A stretch of DNA of 64,000 bases from Deferribacterales bacterium (GTDB lineage: Bacteria > Chrysiogenota > Deferribacteres > Deferribacterales > Geovibrionaceae): contig JBFWLW010000001.1 in the NCBI GenBank assembly GCA_050251945.1, positions 320,001-384,000 of the forward strand. The letters are read 5' to 3'. The notes below the pieces were generated by a model, which saw nothing but the letters and a program-made list of their open reading frames with translations, was not told where the DNA came from and ran no database searches. Each line of letters starts with the position of its first letter. The stretch's first letter is position 1. This document shows positions 31,777 to 41,352 of the stretch, piece by piece. Both the position numbers and the translations under genes were made by a program.

Positions 31777-32118
31777 TCAGATTTTTTTATTCAAAAGCGC
31801 CGATTTGATACTTTTTGAATTGTATTTCTTCTGGATATGCTGTTTGCGTATCTTGTTGGATATCTTTTTCCCAATCTCCGTCTTTTCTCTCTCAAGTCGA
31901 TATTCAACCTTCTTGTGTTCAGCAAGAAGGTTTTTTATTGCGTTTTTTACCTCTTCAGGTTTCTCTGGCATGTTGTCAAGAATTTGAAATATCTGGGAAA
32001 GATAGCTGCTGTAAATTTGATATTTATCTAAGAATGAATCGCTGAATTCTCTTTCGTTTAAGTCTTTTGCAGCGTCATACGCCTGTTTAAACATTATATT
32101 AAAATCAGATTGGCTCAT
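31777..32118 (-). CDS. Hypothetical helical protein in the fliD-fliS operon (possibly FliT-like)
   Basis: 113-aa ORF co-oriented downstream of fliS. No motif recognised. Confidence 0.6.
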   Translation of the reverse strand: MSQSDFNIMFKQAYDAAKDLNEREFSDSFLDKYQIYSSYLSQIFQILDNMPEKPEEVKNAIKNLLAEHKKVEYRLEREKTEIGKKISNKIRKQHIQKKYNSKSIKSALLNKKI

Positions 32119-32159
32119 CAGGATTGTTTCCTTCTCAGCTTTATTACGGACACAGTATA

Positions 32160-32495
32160 TTATTCAAACGGGTAAAACTGCATTACTGTGTTCGGATCCG
32201 CCTTTTTATGTGCATTCAGAGCAGTTTCCGAGCTGTCGGAAAATTTCTGCTTAAGAGTTTCGAGCATCTCAAACGCTTCGTCTTTTGAGGTTATGGCGTT
32301 TGAGCTTTGAACCGCAAGCCTGTTTTCGTTTCTAATGCCTATAACATCAGACATGTACTGTTTGTCAGCAGAAACCGACTCGGCAGAATTATTGCCCGAA
32401 TTCACATCTTCAGACTCAGATTGTGTTTTTTTCCTGTCCATCTGCAGGAGTTTTTCCCGCAAATTAACAACGGAACTGTTGGGGTTGATAGTCAT
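32160..32495 (-). CDS. Hypothetical protein directly downstream of fliS
   Basis: 111-aa ORF starting 3 bp after the fliS stop. Confidence 0.65.
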   Translation of the reverse strand: MTINPNSSVVNLREKLLQMDRKKTQSESEDVNSGNNSAESVSADKQYMSDVIGIRNENRLAVQSSNAITSKDEAFEMLETLKQKFSDSSETALNAHKKADPNTVMQFYPFE

Positions 32496-32498
32496 AAT

Positions 32499-32927
32499 TT
32501 ATCCGGCAAAGTTGATGGATCTGACCTCTGCCTCCTGAGATTCCGGTCTTGCGGCTGTGCCCTCTTCTTTCTGGACAACCTCGCGCCATGCCTCTCTCAG
32601 GTTAGACATAAGTTTTATCACACTCTCAACCTTGTCTTTACTTTTCTCCCTGTTTGCCTCTATAAGCTGCCAAACCATGAAATCATAGAGCCTCAGGAGG
32701 TTTTTTGAAATATCTCCCGCGTCCATGTTCAGGGTGGACATCAGTTCATAGATAATATTCTGGGCTTTCATGATGTTGTTATGAGAGTCCTGAATATTTT
32801 TGTCGTCAATAGCTTTAACAGCAATCCGCATAAACTTGATAGCTCCATCATACAGTAAGAGAACAAGTTTTCCTTTGGTGGCTCCTTCAACTTCCTGTTT
32901 GATGTAGTTCTTGTAAGGGCTTTGCAT
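32499..32927 (-). CDS. fliS: Flagellar export chaperone FliS
   Basis: LVLLLYDGAIKF, KAQNIIYELMSTLN, NLLRLYDF and LREAW. Confidence 0.93.
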   Translation of the reverse strand: MQSPYKNYIKQEVEGATKGKLVLLLYDGAIKFMRIAVKAIDDKNIQDSHNNIMKAQNIIYELMSTLNMDAGDISKNLLRLYDFMVWQLIEANREKSKDKVESVIKLMSNLREAWREVVQKEEGTAARPESQEAEVRSINFAG

Positions 32928-32951
32928 AGATTAAAACTCCTATAGTATACA

Positions 32952-35642
32952 TTAAGATGACGATGATGTCACGCTGCTTAATGCGGATGACTGAGACTGA
33001 GCATCAGATATTGCCTTTTCCATAGCCGTGAACTGCGCCCAGTAGCGTTCAAGCTCCTGCTGCACCCTGTCTTCCTGATCGGTTATTTTTGTGGACAGCT
33101 TATTCAGGTAAGACTGCAGGGTACCGTTCGTTCCTATCTTAGCGCCTATCATACCATCTGAATCGGTATACGCATCAAGCACATAATCACCGAAATATCT
33201 TGCCCAGCCGACTTCATTCTCTATCTGCTGCTGCATCTGCGCTTTCTCTTTGGTGGTTGTAGCATCATCTGTATCTAAATCGGATGAATTCGCAAAAAAT
33301 GTATATACATCTTTAGGATTATTTGTAAGTGCGTCCATAAAAGTTTCGTTGCCTTCAAGAGCGGCATATATTTCATCGTAATCGGTGGACAGCGTAACAA
33401 GGTAACCGTACACCTCTTTTGAAGTGTCACCGGCGCCTGCAACCTCTATTCCGAGATCAGACATATCGTTTATGGAGCTTGTTATCCCCGGACGTTCCGC
33501 AAAGAAAGATTTTCTGAGGTTGGTATCGAGGTTGCGAAGTTCCGAGCTTCGTCTGATTATTTTATAGCTGTTCAAAAGTTCGTAATTTTCCTGATAAGTA
33601 GCGATATCATCTTCGCTCATGCTCTCTTTGTCTGTGTCGGTGAGGTATTCGATGTATTTATCCTCTTCGTCGTCATCAACTTCAGGGGTGTAAAGTTTTT
33701 CCATCAGCACGTTATAGTGCTGTATCAGCTTAGCGAACGCCGCCACCCCCTTTGAAGGGTCAACACTTACGCCTATAGTGGTGGATTCGTTGCTTTCTGT
33801 GTTCAAAGTTAAAGTCAGTCCGGCAACAACGTCGCTTATGACGTTTGTATCTCTGATGTAAGTGGTTCCATCCACAGTAAAGACAGCCCTGCTGCCCTCT
33901 TCGCCTATTGTAGTGGTTTCAGTGGTGTCGCTGGTAAGATTGAACGCTTCCAGAATGTTACTGGTATCGGATGCCGCGCCCACAGTGATAGGGTCTATGG
34001 TATTTGATTTTATTTTAACTTTGTCGGAAGCGGAGTCATAGCTCATCGTAACTTTTGCACCGGATTTGTTAACTTTGTCTATGAGTGTCTGAATGGTGTC
34101 TACAGCAGTATCGACATAAATTGATACGCCGTTTATCGTAAATGTTCCGCTTGCAGGATAGGTGGTAAGCCCTGCGTTTGACAGCTTGGTGGTGGTGCTT
34201 ATGCTTCCCGCCGTACTGCCGACAGTGTATGTCGTATCGCTCGTGGTGTCGAATTTAAAAAGCTTGAGCAAACTGCTGGTATCGCCGTAATCGCCCAGAG
34301 TGATGCTTTTTGCTCCGCTCTCGTTTGATTCCAGCGTGAACTTTTTGGTTGTTGAATCATATGTTGCCGTAACACCGGCACCTGAGCTGTTGATCATACC
34401 CAAAACGTCATCGACGCTGAGTTTCGTGTAATCGCTGATAGTTATTGCAACGTCGTTTATTGTAAAAGTTCCGTTCAGATCGGTGCCGGCGGCAACAGAG
34501 AAACCGGCGTTCTCAAGTCCTTTGGTTGTCGTATTGAGCGTACCTGATGTCACAGCGTCAGACACATATGATGAGTATGTCGATGCAGAAACCTTAAGCG
34601 ACGCGTCCTGCGCAAATACGAACGTTCCGGTTGTGATTGTGCCTGACTGTTCGATAGTTGCTCCCGGTACAAGACCCGAGATTGAACTGGCAAGTTTATT
34701 CTGCAAATTTTCTGCTGTGTCAGCAAGGTGATATTTATTTATTTTGGTCACCGTTGAAAGCGTCGGTGAAGACGAAGAGGAAAAACCGAGTTCATCCCTT
34801 AAAGTTGTGCTGTCGTCACCGCCAAATGCAATGTTGAAATCGTCTATGGTAGTTTCATACATGGAAAAATTCCATGCGGATGATGTGCTGTCATAATCGG
34901 CTCTCATGGTTACATACTGCACATTATTGGTTCCCATGGAAGCGTTAAGAGCGTTGTTCAATGTATCTTCAATATTGGTGGATACAACGTTGATATCCTG
35001 ACCTGACGAGCCGAAAGTCCCGCTTATTGTAACGGACTGGTCATTTCCGTCCGCATCAGTATATGTAAACTGGAGGTCGCCGGAAACGTCTGCTGTTAAG
35101 GCTCCGTTAGCATCAACACCGGCAAATGTTGAACCTGCCTGTTTTGAGACAGATCCGATGTTGCTGACCTCAAAAACATCCGTAGAAAGATATTGTGAAG
35201 ATACCGTCGAAATCGTAACGGTATGCTTTCCCTCAAGGGATTCGGTTGCTCTGCCGGATATTTTTGTAATATTTGCTCCGGCAGTCACAAGACCCACACG
35301 GGTATATGAACTCAATGCTTCGGAGTTTTTCGCCAGTTTTGAAACTTTCAGCGAATGTGTGCCGATATCGGCTTCTGTCGTTGCGGTGGCTGTGGCAACG
35401 GATTCATTAGTGGAGGATACCTTTTTGCTCAGAAACGTTGATTCAAGTTTAAGCGACAGAAGATCGGATGACATATCCCCCATCATCTCGTTGATTGAGG
35501 TATATGTATTTTTCTCCAGTGCTTTATATGAATACTGTCCGTTCAGCCTGTCCACAGCGATATTCGCCTGTTGTGTGAGCTGTTCAACCAGTGCGTTTGT
35601 ATCCAGCCCAGAAACAATGCCGCCAACCTGTATTCCGGCCAT
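32952..35642 (-). CDS. fliD: Flagellar filament cap protein FliD (896 aa, unusually long)
   Basis: N-terminal GIVSGLDTNALVEQL, C-terminal RYWAQFTAMEKAIS, adjacent to fliS. Confidence 0.9.
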   Translation of the reverse strand: MAGIQVGGIVSGLDTNALVEQLTQQANIAVDRLNGQYSYKALEKNTYTSINEMMGDMSSDLLSLKLESTFLSKKVSSTNESVATATATTEADIGTHSLKVSKLAKNSEALSSYTRVGLVTAGANITKISGRATESLEGKHTVTISTVSSQYLSTDVFEVSNIGSVSKQAGSTFAGVDANGALTADVSGDLQFTYTDADGNDQSVTISGTFGSSGQDINVVSTNIEDTLNNALNASMGTNNVQYVTMRADYDSTSSAWNFSMYETTIDDFNIAFGGDDSTTLRDELGFSSSSSPTLSTVTKINKYHLADTAENLQNKLASSISGLVPGATIEQSGTITTGTFVFAQDASLKVSASTYSSYVSDAVTSGTLNTTTKGLENAGFSVAAGTDLNGTFTINDVAITISDYTKLSVDDVLGMINSSGAGVTATYDSTTKKFTLESNESGAKSITLGDYGDTSSLLKLFKFDTTSDTTYTVGSTAGSISTTTKLSNAGLTTYPASGTFTINGVSIYVDTAVDTIQTLIDKVNKSGAKVTMSYDSASDKVKIKSNTIDPITVGAASDTSNILEAFNLTSDTTETTTIGEEGSRAVFTVDGTTYIRDTNVISDVVAGLTLTLNTESNESTTIGVSVDPSKGVAAFAKLIQHYNVLMEKLYTPEVDDDEEDKYIEYLTDTDKESMSEDDIATYQENYELLNSYKIIRRSSELRNLDTNLRKSFFAERPGITSSINDMSDLGIEVAGAGDTSKEVYGYLVTLSTDYDEIYAALEGNETFMDALTNNPKDVYTFFANSSDLDTDDATTTKEKAQMQQQIENEVGWARYFGDYVLDAYTDSDGMIGAKIGTNGTLQSYLNKLSTKITDQEDRVQQELERYWAQFTAMEKAISDAQSQSSALSSVTSSSS

Positions 35643-35668
35643 AGGTCAACCTCCTGAGGATATCAGTC

Positions 35669-35696
35669 TATTCGGACCGATTTCTTCCAATCTTTA
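35669..35696 (-). promoter_or_regulatory. Putative sigma-28 (FliA) promoter of fliD
   Basis: Minus-strand TAAA-N16-TCCGAATA, upstream of an AGGAGG RBS. Confidence 0.55.
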
Positions 35697-35739
35697 GAAA
35701 CAAATTGCCCAAACATCAAAAATGTATTAAGCAATAGGT

Positions 35740-36375
35740 ATGAAAAATATTATCGTTTACGACTGCGACGGCGTGCTGTTTAACAGCACCATGGCGGTTA
35801 GGGGTTATTATGACTTCGTATTTGAAAAATACGGCGTCCCTGTTATCGACTGGGAAAACCCTTCCCTTGTAAAACTCGCCATGATGGGAACCAACGAAGG
35901 AATAATCAGACATTTCGTCAGCGACGAAAAACTGATAGCCGAAATGCTTGAATTCGCCATGAAAATGAACTTTAAGATGTTCATCGACCTCATGAAACCT
36001 AACCCAAACATACACGACACCCTCGAAAAACTCCGGAATTCCGGACGCAGTCTCGCTGTTTTCACAAACAGAGGCATATCGCTTTCATACCTTCTGGAAC
36101 ATTTCGGCATGGGAAATTTTTTCTCCTACACCGTCACATGCATGGATGTAGCAAAACCGAAGCCAAACCCTGAAGGGCTTTACAAAATAATGGAATATTT
36201 CGGGAGTAAAAAAGAGGAACTGCTGTTCATCGGCGATTCAATGACAGACTATCTTGCGGCAAAATCCGCAGACGTGCATTTCCTCGCATATGAGAACGAA
36301 CTTGAGAACAGCAGGATAATCAGTGACCACGCAGAGGTATTCGATTATCTGTGTACAAGCTCTTTCAAAGCCTGA
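35740..36375 (+). CDS. HAD-family hydrolase
   Basis: YDCDGVL, KPKPNPEG and FIGDS. Confidence 0.85.
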   Translation: MKNIIVYDCDGVLFNSTMAVRGYYDFVFEKYGVPVIDWENPSLVKLAMMGTNEGIIRHFVSDEKLIAEMLEFAMKMNFKMFIDLMKPNPNIHDTLEKLRNSGRSLAVFTNRGISLSYLLEHFGMGNFFSYTVTCMDVAKPKPNPEGLYKIMEYFGSKKEELLFIGDSMTDYLAAKSADVHFLAYENELENSRIISDHAEVFDYLCTSSFKA

Positions 36376-37178
36376 TAAACGGAATAAGGCGTGTTCAGAG
36401 TTTCGGGACCGGTACCCAGAGCTATCTTAAGCTTGTTATCGCCGTGAAAATCGCTTCCGCCTGAAACTCCGAGACCAAATTTTTCTGCCATGGCAAGATA
36501 GAAGGGGCGTCTTTCAGGAGCAACCTCCGAGCAGAATACTTCAATGGCATCAAGCCCTTTCTCTTTATATTCTGCAAGAAAAGTTTCCGTGGAATCGTCT
36601 TCAAGGCGCAGGCTGACAGGGTGCGCCAGAACTGTTATGCCGCCTGCTCCGTGTATCATAGCCGCCGCATCTTCAAAACTGAGCCTTGCCTTGTCTGCAT
36701 AAAGAGGTTTGCCTTTCGCAAGATATTTATCAAAAGCCTCCTGCATGGTTGAGACAACATGACATTTTATAAGAAATTTTGCTATATGCGGTCTGCCCAG
36801 TTCTCCTTCGTTGCCGTCTGAAACGTCGTTAAGCGTCACCTCGCGCCCGAGCAGATTGCTGACGGATGTCAGAATTTTCTCATTTCTTGTTCTGCGGGCA
36901 CTTTTAAGAAAATTCAATGTCTCGTTCAGCTTTTTTTCACGATAATCCAGAAAAAGCCCCACAAGGTGAAATGTTCCTTTGTCATAATCTATACTGAGTT
37001 CTGTGCCCGCCACACGCTCAACTTTTGTTTCATGGGAGAAGAAATCAGGCAGCCCGTCAACAGTGTCGTGGTCTGTCAGCGCCAGCACCTCAACACCTCT
37101 TTTTTCAGCATATTCAAGGAGTTTTGCAGGAGAAAACGTACCGTCAGAATAAGTTGAATGACAATGAAGATCTATCAT
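36345..37178 (-). CDS. PHP-domain phosphoesterase (TrpH/YciV-like)
   Basis: DLHCHSTYSDG, LTDHD, GRPHIA, LAHP and GGSDFHG. Confidence 0.88.
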   Translation of the reverse strand: MIDLHCHSTYSDGTFSPAKLLEYAEKRGVEVLALTDHDTVDGLPDFFSHETKVERVAGTELSIDYDKGTFHLVGLFLDYREKKLNETLNFLKSARRTRNEKILTSVSNLLGREVTLNDVSDGNEGELGRPHIAKFLIKCHVVSTMQEAFDKYLAKGKPLYADKARLSFEDAAAMIHGAGGITVLAHPVSLRLEDDSTETFLAEYKEKGLDAIEVFCSEVAPERRPFYLAMAEKFGLGVSGGSDFHGDNKLKIALGTGPETLNTPYSVYQALKELVHR

Positions 37179-37225
37179 GAAAAACTCCTTGTTATTATCA
37201 TTTTAACAATATATTATGTCTTATT

Positions 37226-37609
37226 ATGTATAGATTCCAGTATATACTTTACAGAATTTGTGTCAACGTTATTGGGATAGGTTTTGCATCGCTCGTTATG
37301 GAGAGCATCAATGTAAAATCATACGGCGCTCTGATTGCGGCCTCACTTATCCTTACGTTTTTTCAGGCTTTTCTGCGCCCGCTCCTGTTTTTTCTGACAC
37401 TTCCGTTTCAGATACTAAGTCTGGGCATAGGATATATGATAATCAACTCCATGCTCCTGCTTCTGACGGCACACTTTATTGAAGAACTTGTTATAAAAGG
37501 TTTCTGGGCGGCATTTCTCGGCGCTATAATCATCAGTATAGTAAATCTGGTGTTCGATTCTTTTTCATCCCGCTCCGCCGTCAAATTTTATTACCGCAAA
37601 GGCGAATAA
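37226..37609 (+). CDS. YvlD/phage holin family 4-TM membrane protein
   Basis: LRPLLFFLTLPF.ILSLG and GFWAAFLGAIIISIV. Confidence 0.75.
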   Translation: MYRFQYILYRICVNVIGIGFASLVMESINVKSYGALIAASLILTFFQAFLRPLLFFLTLPFQILSLGIGYMIINSMLLLLTAHFIEELVIKGFWAAFLGAIIISIVNLVFDSFSSRSAVKFYYRKGE

Positions 37610-37613
37610 TTGA

Positions 37614-37910
37614 ATGAACAAAAAGCTGTATAAGGTCGTCTTTATAGACGAAGATAAAAAGGTTCAGACCATACACGCAAGCTATCTGAACCCGTCATCA
37701 TTCCTTGGTCTGATAGAGATATCGGACATCGTTTTCATAGGTCAGTCGGATATAATCATCTCTCCGGACGACGGAAAACTGAAAGAGGTCTTCAAAAACG
37801 TCGAGCGCTCGTATATTCCTCTGAATTATATCATACGCATCGACGAAATTACTATGCAGAAAGAAACTCCGGTTATAAGGCTATACAGTGAAACTAAAGC
37901 TGATTCATAA
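37614..37910 (+). CDS. DUF1820-like protein
   Basis: LYKVVF...FLGLIEI...SYIPLNYIIRIDE pattern. Confidence 0.65.
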   Translation: MNKKLYKVVFIDEDKKVQTIHASYLNPSSFLGLIEISDIVFIGQSDIIISPDDGKLKEVFKNVERSYIPLNYIIRIDEITMQKETPVIRLYSETKADS

Positions 37911-38940
37911 ATACATTCTGAAAGAACTGCTGCCGATATTTTTACTCGGCAACATTTTTTTTATACTGCTTCTGCTTCTGGACAAACTTGTCGACCTGTC
38001 AGACCTTTTTTTCACAAAAAGCGTCCCCGGCTGGCTGATAATTCAAACGGTTATTTATTACCTGCCGTCTTTCTTCGTAATAACCATACCTACGTCGGCA
38101 CTGCTCGCCGTTATTTTCGTCTTCGGAAGGATGTCTTCTGAGAGCGAAATAATCGCTATGCGGTCATTCGGCGCAGGCAAAAGATTTTTCCTTTTGCCCG
38201 CAATGATATTTGCTGTCGGAGTATTTATTTTGGGTGTAGCTATGAGTGCTTATCTTATGCCTAAAGGAAGCTTTCTGGCGGCTGAGAACGTACTTAAAAT
38301 GGCAAAACTTGTATCCATCCGGGATATCAAGGAAAAAGAGCTTTACGAAGAGCTTAAGGGTTATGTTTTTTACGCTGAGAAGAAAATAAGCGATACCAAA
38401 TACGCAAGACTCATGATCATTGATAAATCAAAGAACTCCGTCATAACAGCGGAAACCGCCAAGATCATCCCGACAGGTGACGCGGGGCTTTTGCTTGAAC
38501 TTTCAAACGGACGAATAGCAACCATCCGCGAAGACAATATGCACTCGACCATTAATTTCGATAAATTTGTCATCAATGCCCCTCTGACAGAGGCATCCAG
38601 AGTGACAATAAAAACTGAACGTCTGATGCCAATGGGTGAATTGAGGGCAAACTTCAACGAAGACCCCATATACAAATTTGAATATTCCAAACGTTTCTCT
38701 ATGCCGTTTGCGGCAATCATAATGTGCGTGTTCGGCATGAGCATCGGAATGTTCTTTCACAGAAGCGGAAAAACAATGGCGATCCCCTCAACGGTCTTCA
38801 TTGTCGTCATATACAACATGATGTTCCTTGTTGCGCAGAATATCGCAGCCGAAGGCAGTATCGAACCGTTCTTTGCGGCATGGGTGCCGAACGTATTCTT
38901 CGGCATTATAAGTATTTTCGCTTACGAGAGAGTTCTATGA
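37888..38940 (+). CDS. lptF: LPS export ABC permease LptF
   Basis: KYILKEL, GRMSSESEIIAMRSFG and AAWVPN. Paired with lptG. Confidence 0.85.
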   Translation: MKLKLIHKYILKELLPIFLLGNIFFILLLLLDKLVDLSDLFFTKSVPGWLIIQTVIYYLPSFFVITIPTSALLAVIFVFGRMSSESEIIAMRSFGAGKRFFLLPAMIFAVGVFILGVAMSAYLMPKGSFLAAENVLKMAKLVSIRDIKEKELYEELKGYVFYAEKKISDTKYARLMIIDKSKNSVITAETAKIIPTGDAGLLLELSNGRIATIREDNMHSTINFDKFVINAPLTEASRVTIKTERLMPMGELRANFNEDPIYKFEYSKRFSMPFAAIIMCVFGMSIGMFFHRSGKTMAIPSTVFIVVIYNMMFLVAQNIAAEGSIEPFFAAWVPNVFFGIISIFAYERVL

Positions 38941-40025
38941 TATCCAAATTTGATAAATATATCATATCTTTATTCCTTAAATATACTATTGTGGTTCAGA
39001 TTGTTGTAGGGGTTATTTCTCTGCTGGCAAGTGCCGCAATGCACACTGACCTGATAGATAAATACAAAGTCGGCATTGTTGAAGTGCTAATTTTTGACAT
39101 GATGAAGATACCGTATCTGCTTTATACCACCATGCCGATGTCCATTGTTATTTCGACAATGCTCGTGATACTGACACTTATCAAAAACAACGAACTGATG
39201 GCATACGTTTCCCTCGGCGGGAAGATACGCAATCTGATTCAGCCGTTTCTTATATCCGGCGTAGTTGTCGCCCTGCTTCTTGTCCTTACGGCAAACACAA
39301 TCAACCCGAAAGTAATGTACATGCGGGAAAAATATGCTGCGGAGATCATATATAAAAAAGAGATGGACATCCGCCCTTCCCTTACCAACATATGGATGAA
39401 ACTTCACGGCAATAAATTCATCCACATAACCGCCCTTGACCCTGACAAGATGGAATTTCACTATGTCACCGAATATACTCTGAACGATAAACTGCAGGTC
39501 GAATCAATTGAAACATACAACTCTGCAAAAAAAGACGGCGACAAGTGGAAGCTGTTCAATCAGAAGAAATACGACATGATGAACGTTCCCAAAAAGACCT
39601 ATGACGTCAGAAATATAACTATGACAAAACCGATATTTGACGAACTTTCAAAAATGCCGTTCCTTAAACCGCAGTTCGTATCCATCGGTGATATATACAA
39701 GGTTGCCGAGGTTATGAAAAATCAAAACGTCAATACTTCTAAATATATGCTGCAAATATACAAAATATTCGCTCACGCGATAAGCGTTCTGGTCATAATA
39801 CTTGTGATCTTCCCGCTTTGCGTGGACTTTAACAGAAACCACTCATACATAAAAGCTGCGGCAAAATCTTTAGGGGTCGGTTTCGCATTCTGGATGAGTG
39901 TCGCATCATGCTCTTCTCTGGGTAAGAACGGCGTTCTCAGCCCTTTCATGTCGAGTTTTCTGCCTATAATCCTGTTCGCATGTCTCGCGGTTTACATCAT
40001 CTACAGGCGTGAACATGCAATGTAG
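38937..40025 (+). CDS. lptG: LPS export ABC permease LptG
   Basis: Start ATG overlaps the lptF stop (ATGA). FDKYI, KNNELMA...G and SFLP. Confidence 0.85.
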   Translation: MISKFDKYIISLFLKYTIVVQIVVGVISLLASAAMHTDLIDKYKVGIVEVLIFDMMKIPYLLYTTMPMSIVISTMLVILTLIKNNELMAYVSLGGKIRNLIQPFLISGVVVALLLVLTANTINPKVMYMREKYAAEIIYKKEMDIRPSLTNIWMKLHGNKFIHITALDPDKMEFHYVTEYTLNDKLQVESIETYNSAKKDGDKWKLFNQKKYDMMNVPKKTYDVRNITMTKPIFDELSKMPFLKPQFVSIGDIYKVAEVMKNQNVNTSKYMLQIYKIFAHAISVLVIILVIFPLCVDFNRNHSYIKAAAKSLGVGFAFWMSVASCSSLGKNGVLSPFMSSFLPIILFACLAVYIIYRREHAM

Positions 40026-40106
40026 TTTTATTGAACATATTACAGTTTGACTTTACAGGCATATTGGAATAATATTCGGAGTTCACTAATATAAGGAGCG
40101 TTCAAA

Positions 40107-41183
40107 ATGGCAAAAATAGCAGTTTTACCGGGTGACGGAATCGGACCCGAAGTGATGCAGCAGGCTATTAAGGTTCTGAACAAAGTATCTGAAAAATATA
40201 ACAAAACATTTGAATTCAGCTTTGCCGACATAGGCGGTATAGCCATAGACAACCACGGCACACCCCTGCCCGAATCCACACTGGCACTTTGCGAACAGTC
40301 AGAAGCTATCCTGTTCGGCTCTGTGGGCGGTCCCAAATGGGAAAACCTTCCCCCTGCCCAACAGCCCGAAAGAGGCGCCCTGCTCCCCCTGCGCAAGCAT
40401 TTCGGTCTGTTCTGCAACATCAGACCCGTAAAGATATTCCCTTCCCTTATTGATGCTAGCTCGCTTAAAAACGAACTCATCCCCGAGGGACTTGATATAG
40501 CCTTCTTCCGCGAACTTACAGGCGGTATCTACTTCGGTCAGCCCAAAGAGATAAACGCTGAACGCACCATGGGTATGGATACTATGCTCTATACAAAACC
40601 CGAAGTTGAGCGTATTGCAAAACTCGCCTTTGAAGCCGCCAGACTGCGCAGAAACAAAGTCACCAGCGTGGACAAGGCAAACGTACTCATGTCCTCTATC
40701 CTTTGGCGTGAGACCGTTACAGAGGTTCACAAAAGCTATCCCGACGTTGAGCTGAACCACATGTATGTTGACAATGCCGCAATGCAGCTCGTTCGCTGGC
40801 CCTCCCAGTTTGACGTTGTAGTGACAGAAAATATGTTCGGCGACATCCTTTCCGACGAAGCCGCTATGCTTACAGGTTCTCTGGGCATGCTTCCTTCCGC
40901 TTCTATCAACGAGTCCAACTTCGGACTTTACGAACCCATCGGCGGAACGGCACCAGACATAGCAGGACAGAACATAGCTAACCCTATCGCACAGATAATG
41001 TCAGCGGCTCTTATGTGCCGTTATTCTCTGGGCTTGGATGCTGCGGCAACGGATATAGAGAACGCTATTCAGAAAGTTCTGGACGAAGGTTACAGAACAG
41101 GCGATATCTTTAACAAGAACAAGACAGGTCAGACACTGGTCAAAACAGACAAGATGGGCGACCTTATCTCTGAAAGAATATAA
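40107..41183 (+). CDS. leuB: 3-isopropylmalate dehydrogenase
   Basis: [26 protein letters not shown] and [19 protein letters not shown]. Confidence 0.96.
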   Translation: MAKIAVLPGDGIGPEVMQQAIKVLNKVSEKYNKTFEFSFADIGGIAIDNHGTPLPESTLALCEQSEAILFGSVGGPKWENLPPAQQPERGALLPLRKHFGLFCNIRPVKIFPSLIDASSLKNELIPEGLDIAFFRELTGGIYFGQPKEINAERTMGMDTMLYTKPEVERIAKLAFEAARLRRNKVTSVDKANVLMSSILWRETVTEVHKSYPDVELNHMYVDNAAMQLVRWPSQFDVVVTENMFGDILSDEAAMLTGSLGMLPSASINESNFGLYEPIGGTAPDIAGQNIANPIAQIMSAALMCRYSLGLDAAATDIENAIQKVLDEGYRTGDIFNKNKTGQTLVKTDKMGDLISERI

Positions 41184-41210
41184 CTTAAAAAGGCGACCTT
41201 CCGGTCGCCT

Positions 41211-41352
41211 CAGACTAATGACAAAGTCAGAAAAATGCGAGATCGCGTCGTCGCATGCGCTCCTCGCGAAGACGTAAATTGCTGTCATTGCGAGGAAGCT
41301 GTAGGCTGACGCGGCAATCTCATTAACTTTTAACCAGTTTGTCAATAACCCG
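41211..41352 (+). mobile_element. MITE-like repeat, copy 3 (142 bp, variant right half), between perfect 20-bp duplicated palindromes 41191-41210 and 41353-41372
   Basis: AGGCGACCTTCCGGTCGCCT on both sides. Ends CAGACTAATGACAAA / TTTGTCAATAACCCG. Confidence 0.88.

Noticed and set aside
37226..37609. 'Phage holin' family gene as prophage evidence
   Set aside because: This YvlD-like family is commonly chromosomal. It sits in an operon with lptFG and has no phage genes nearby.
4750..41352. The three repeats as a CRISPR array or tRNA-derived sequence
   Set aside because: They are dispersed rather than a repeat-spacer array, no cas genes are present, and there is no cloverleaf or T-loop consensus.
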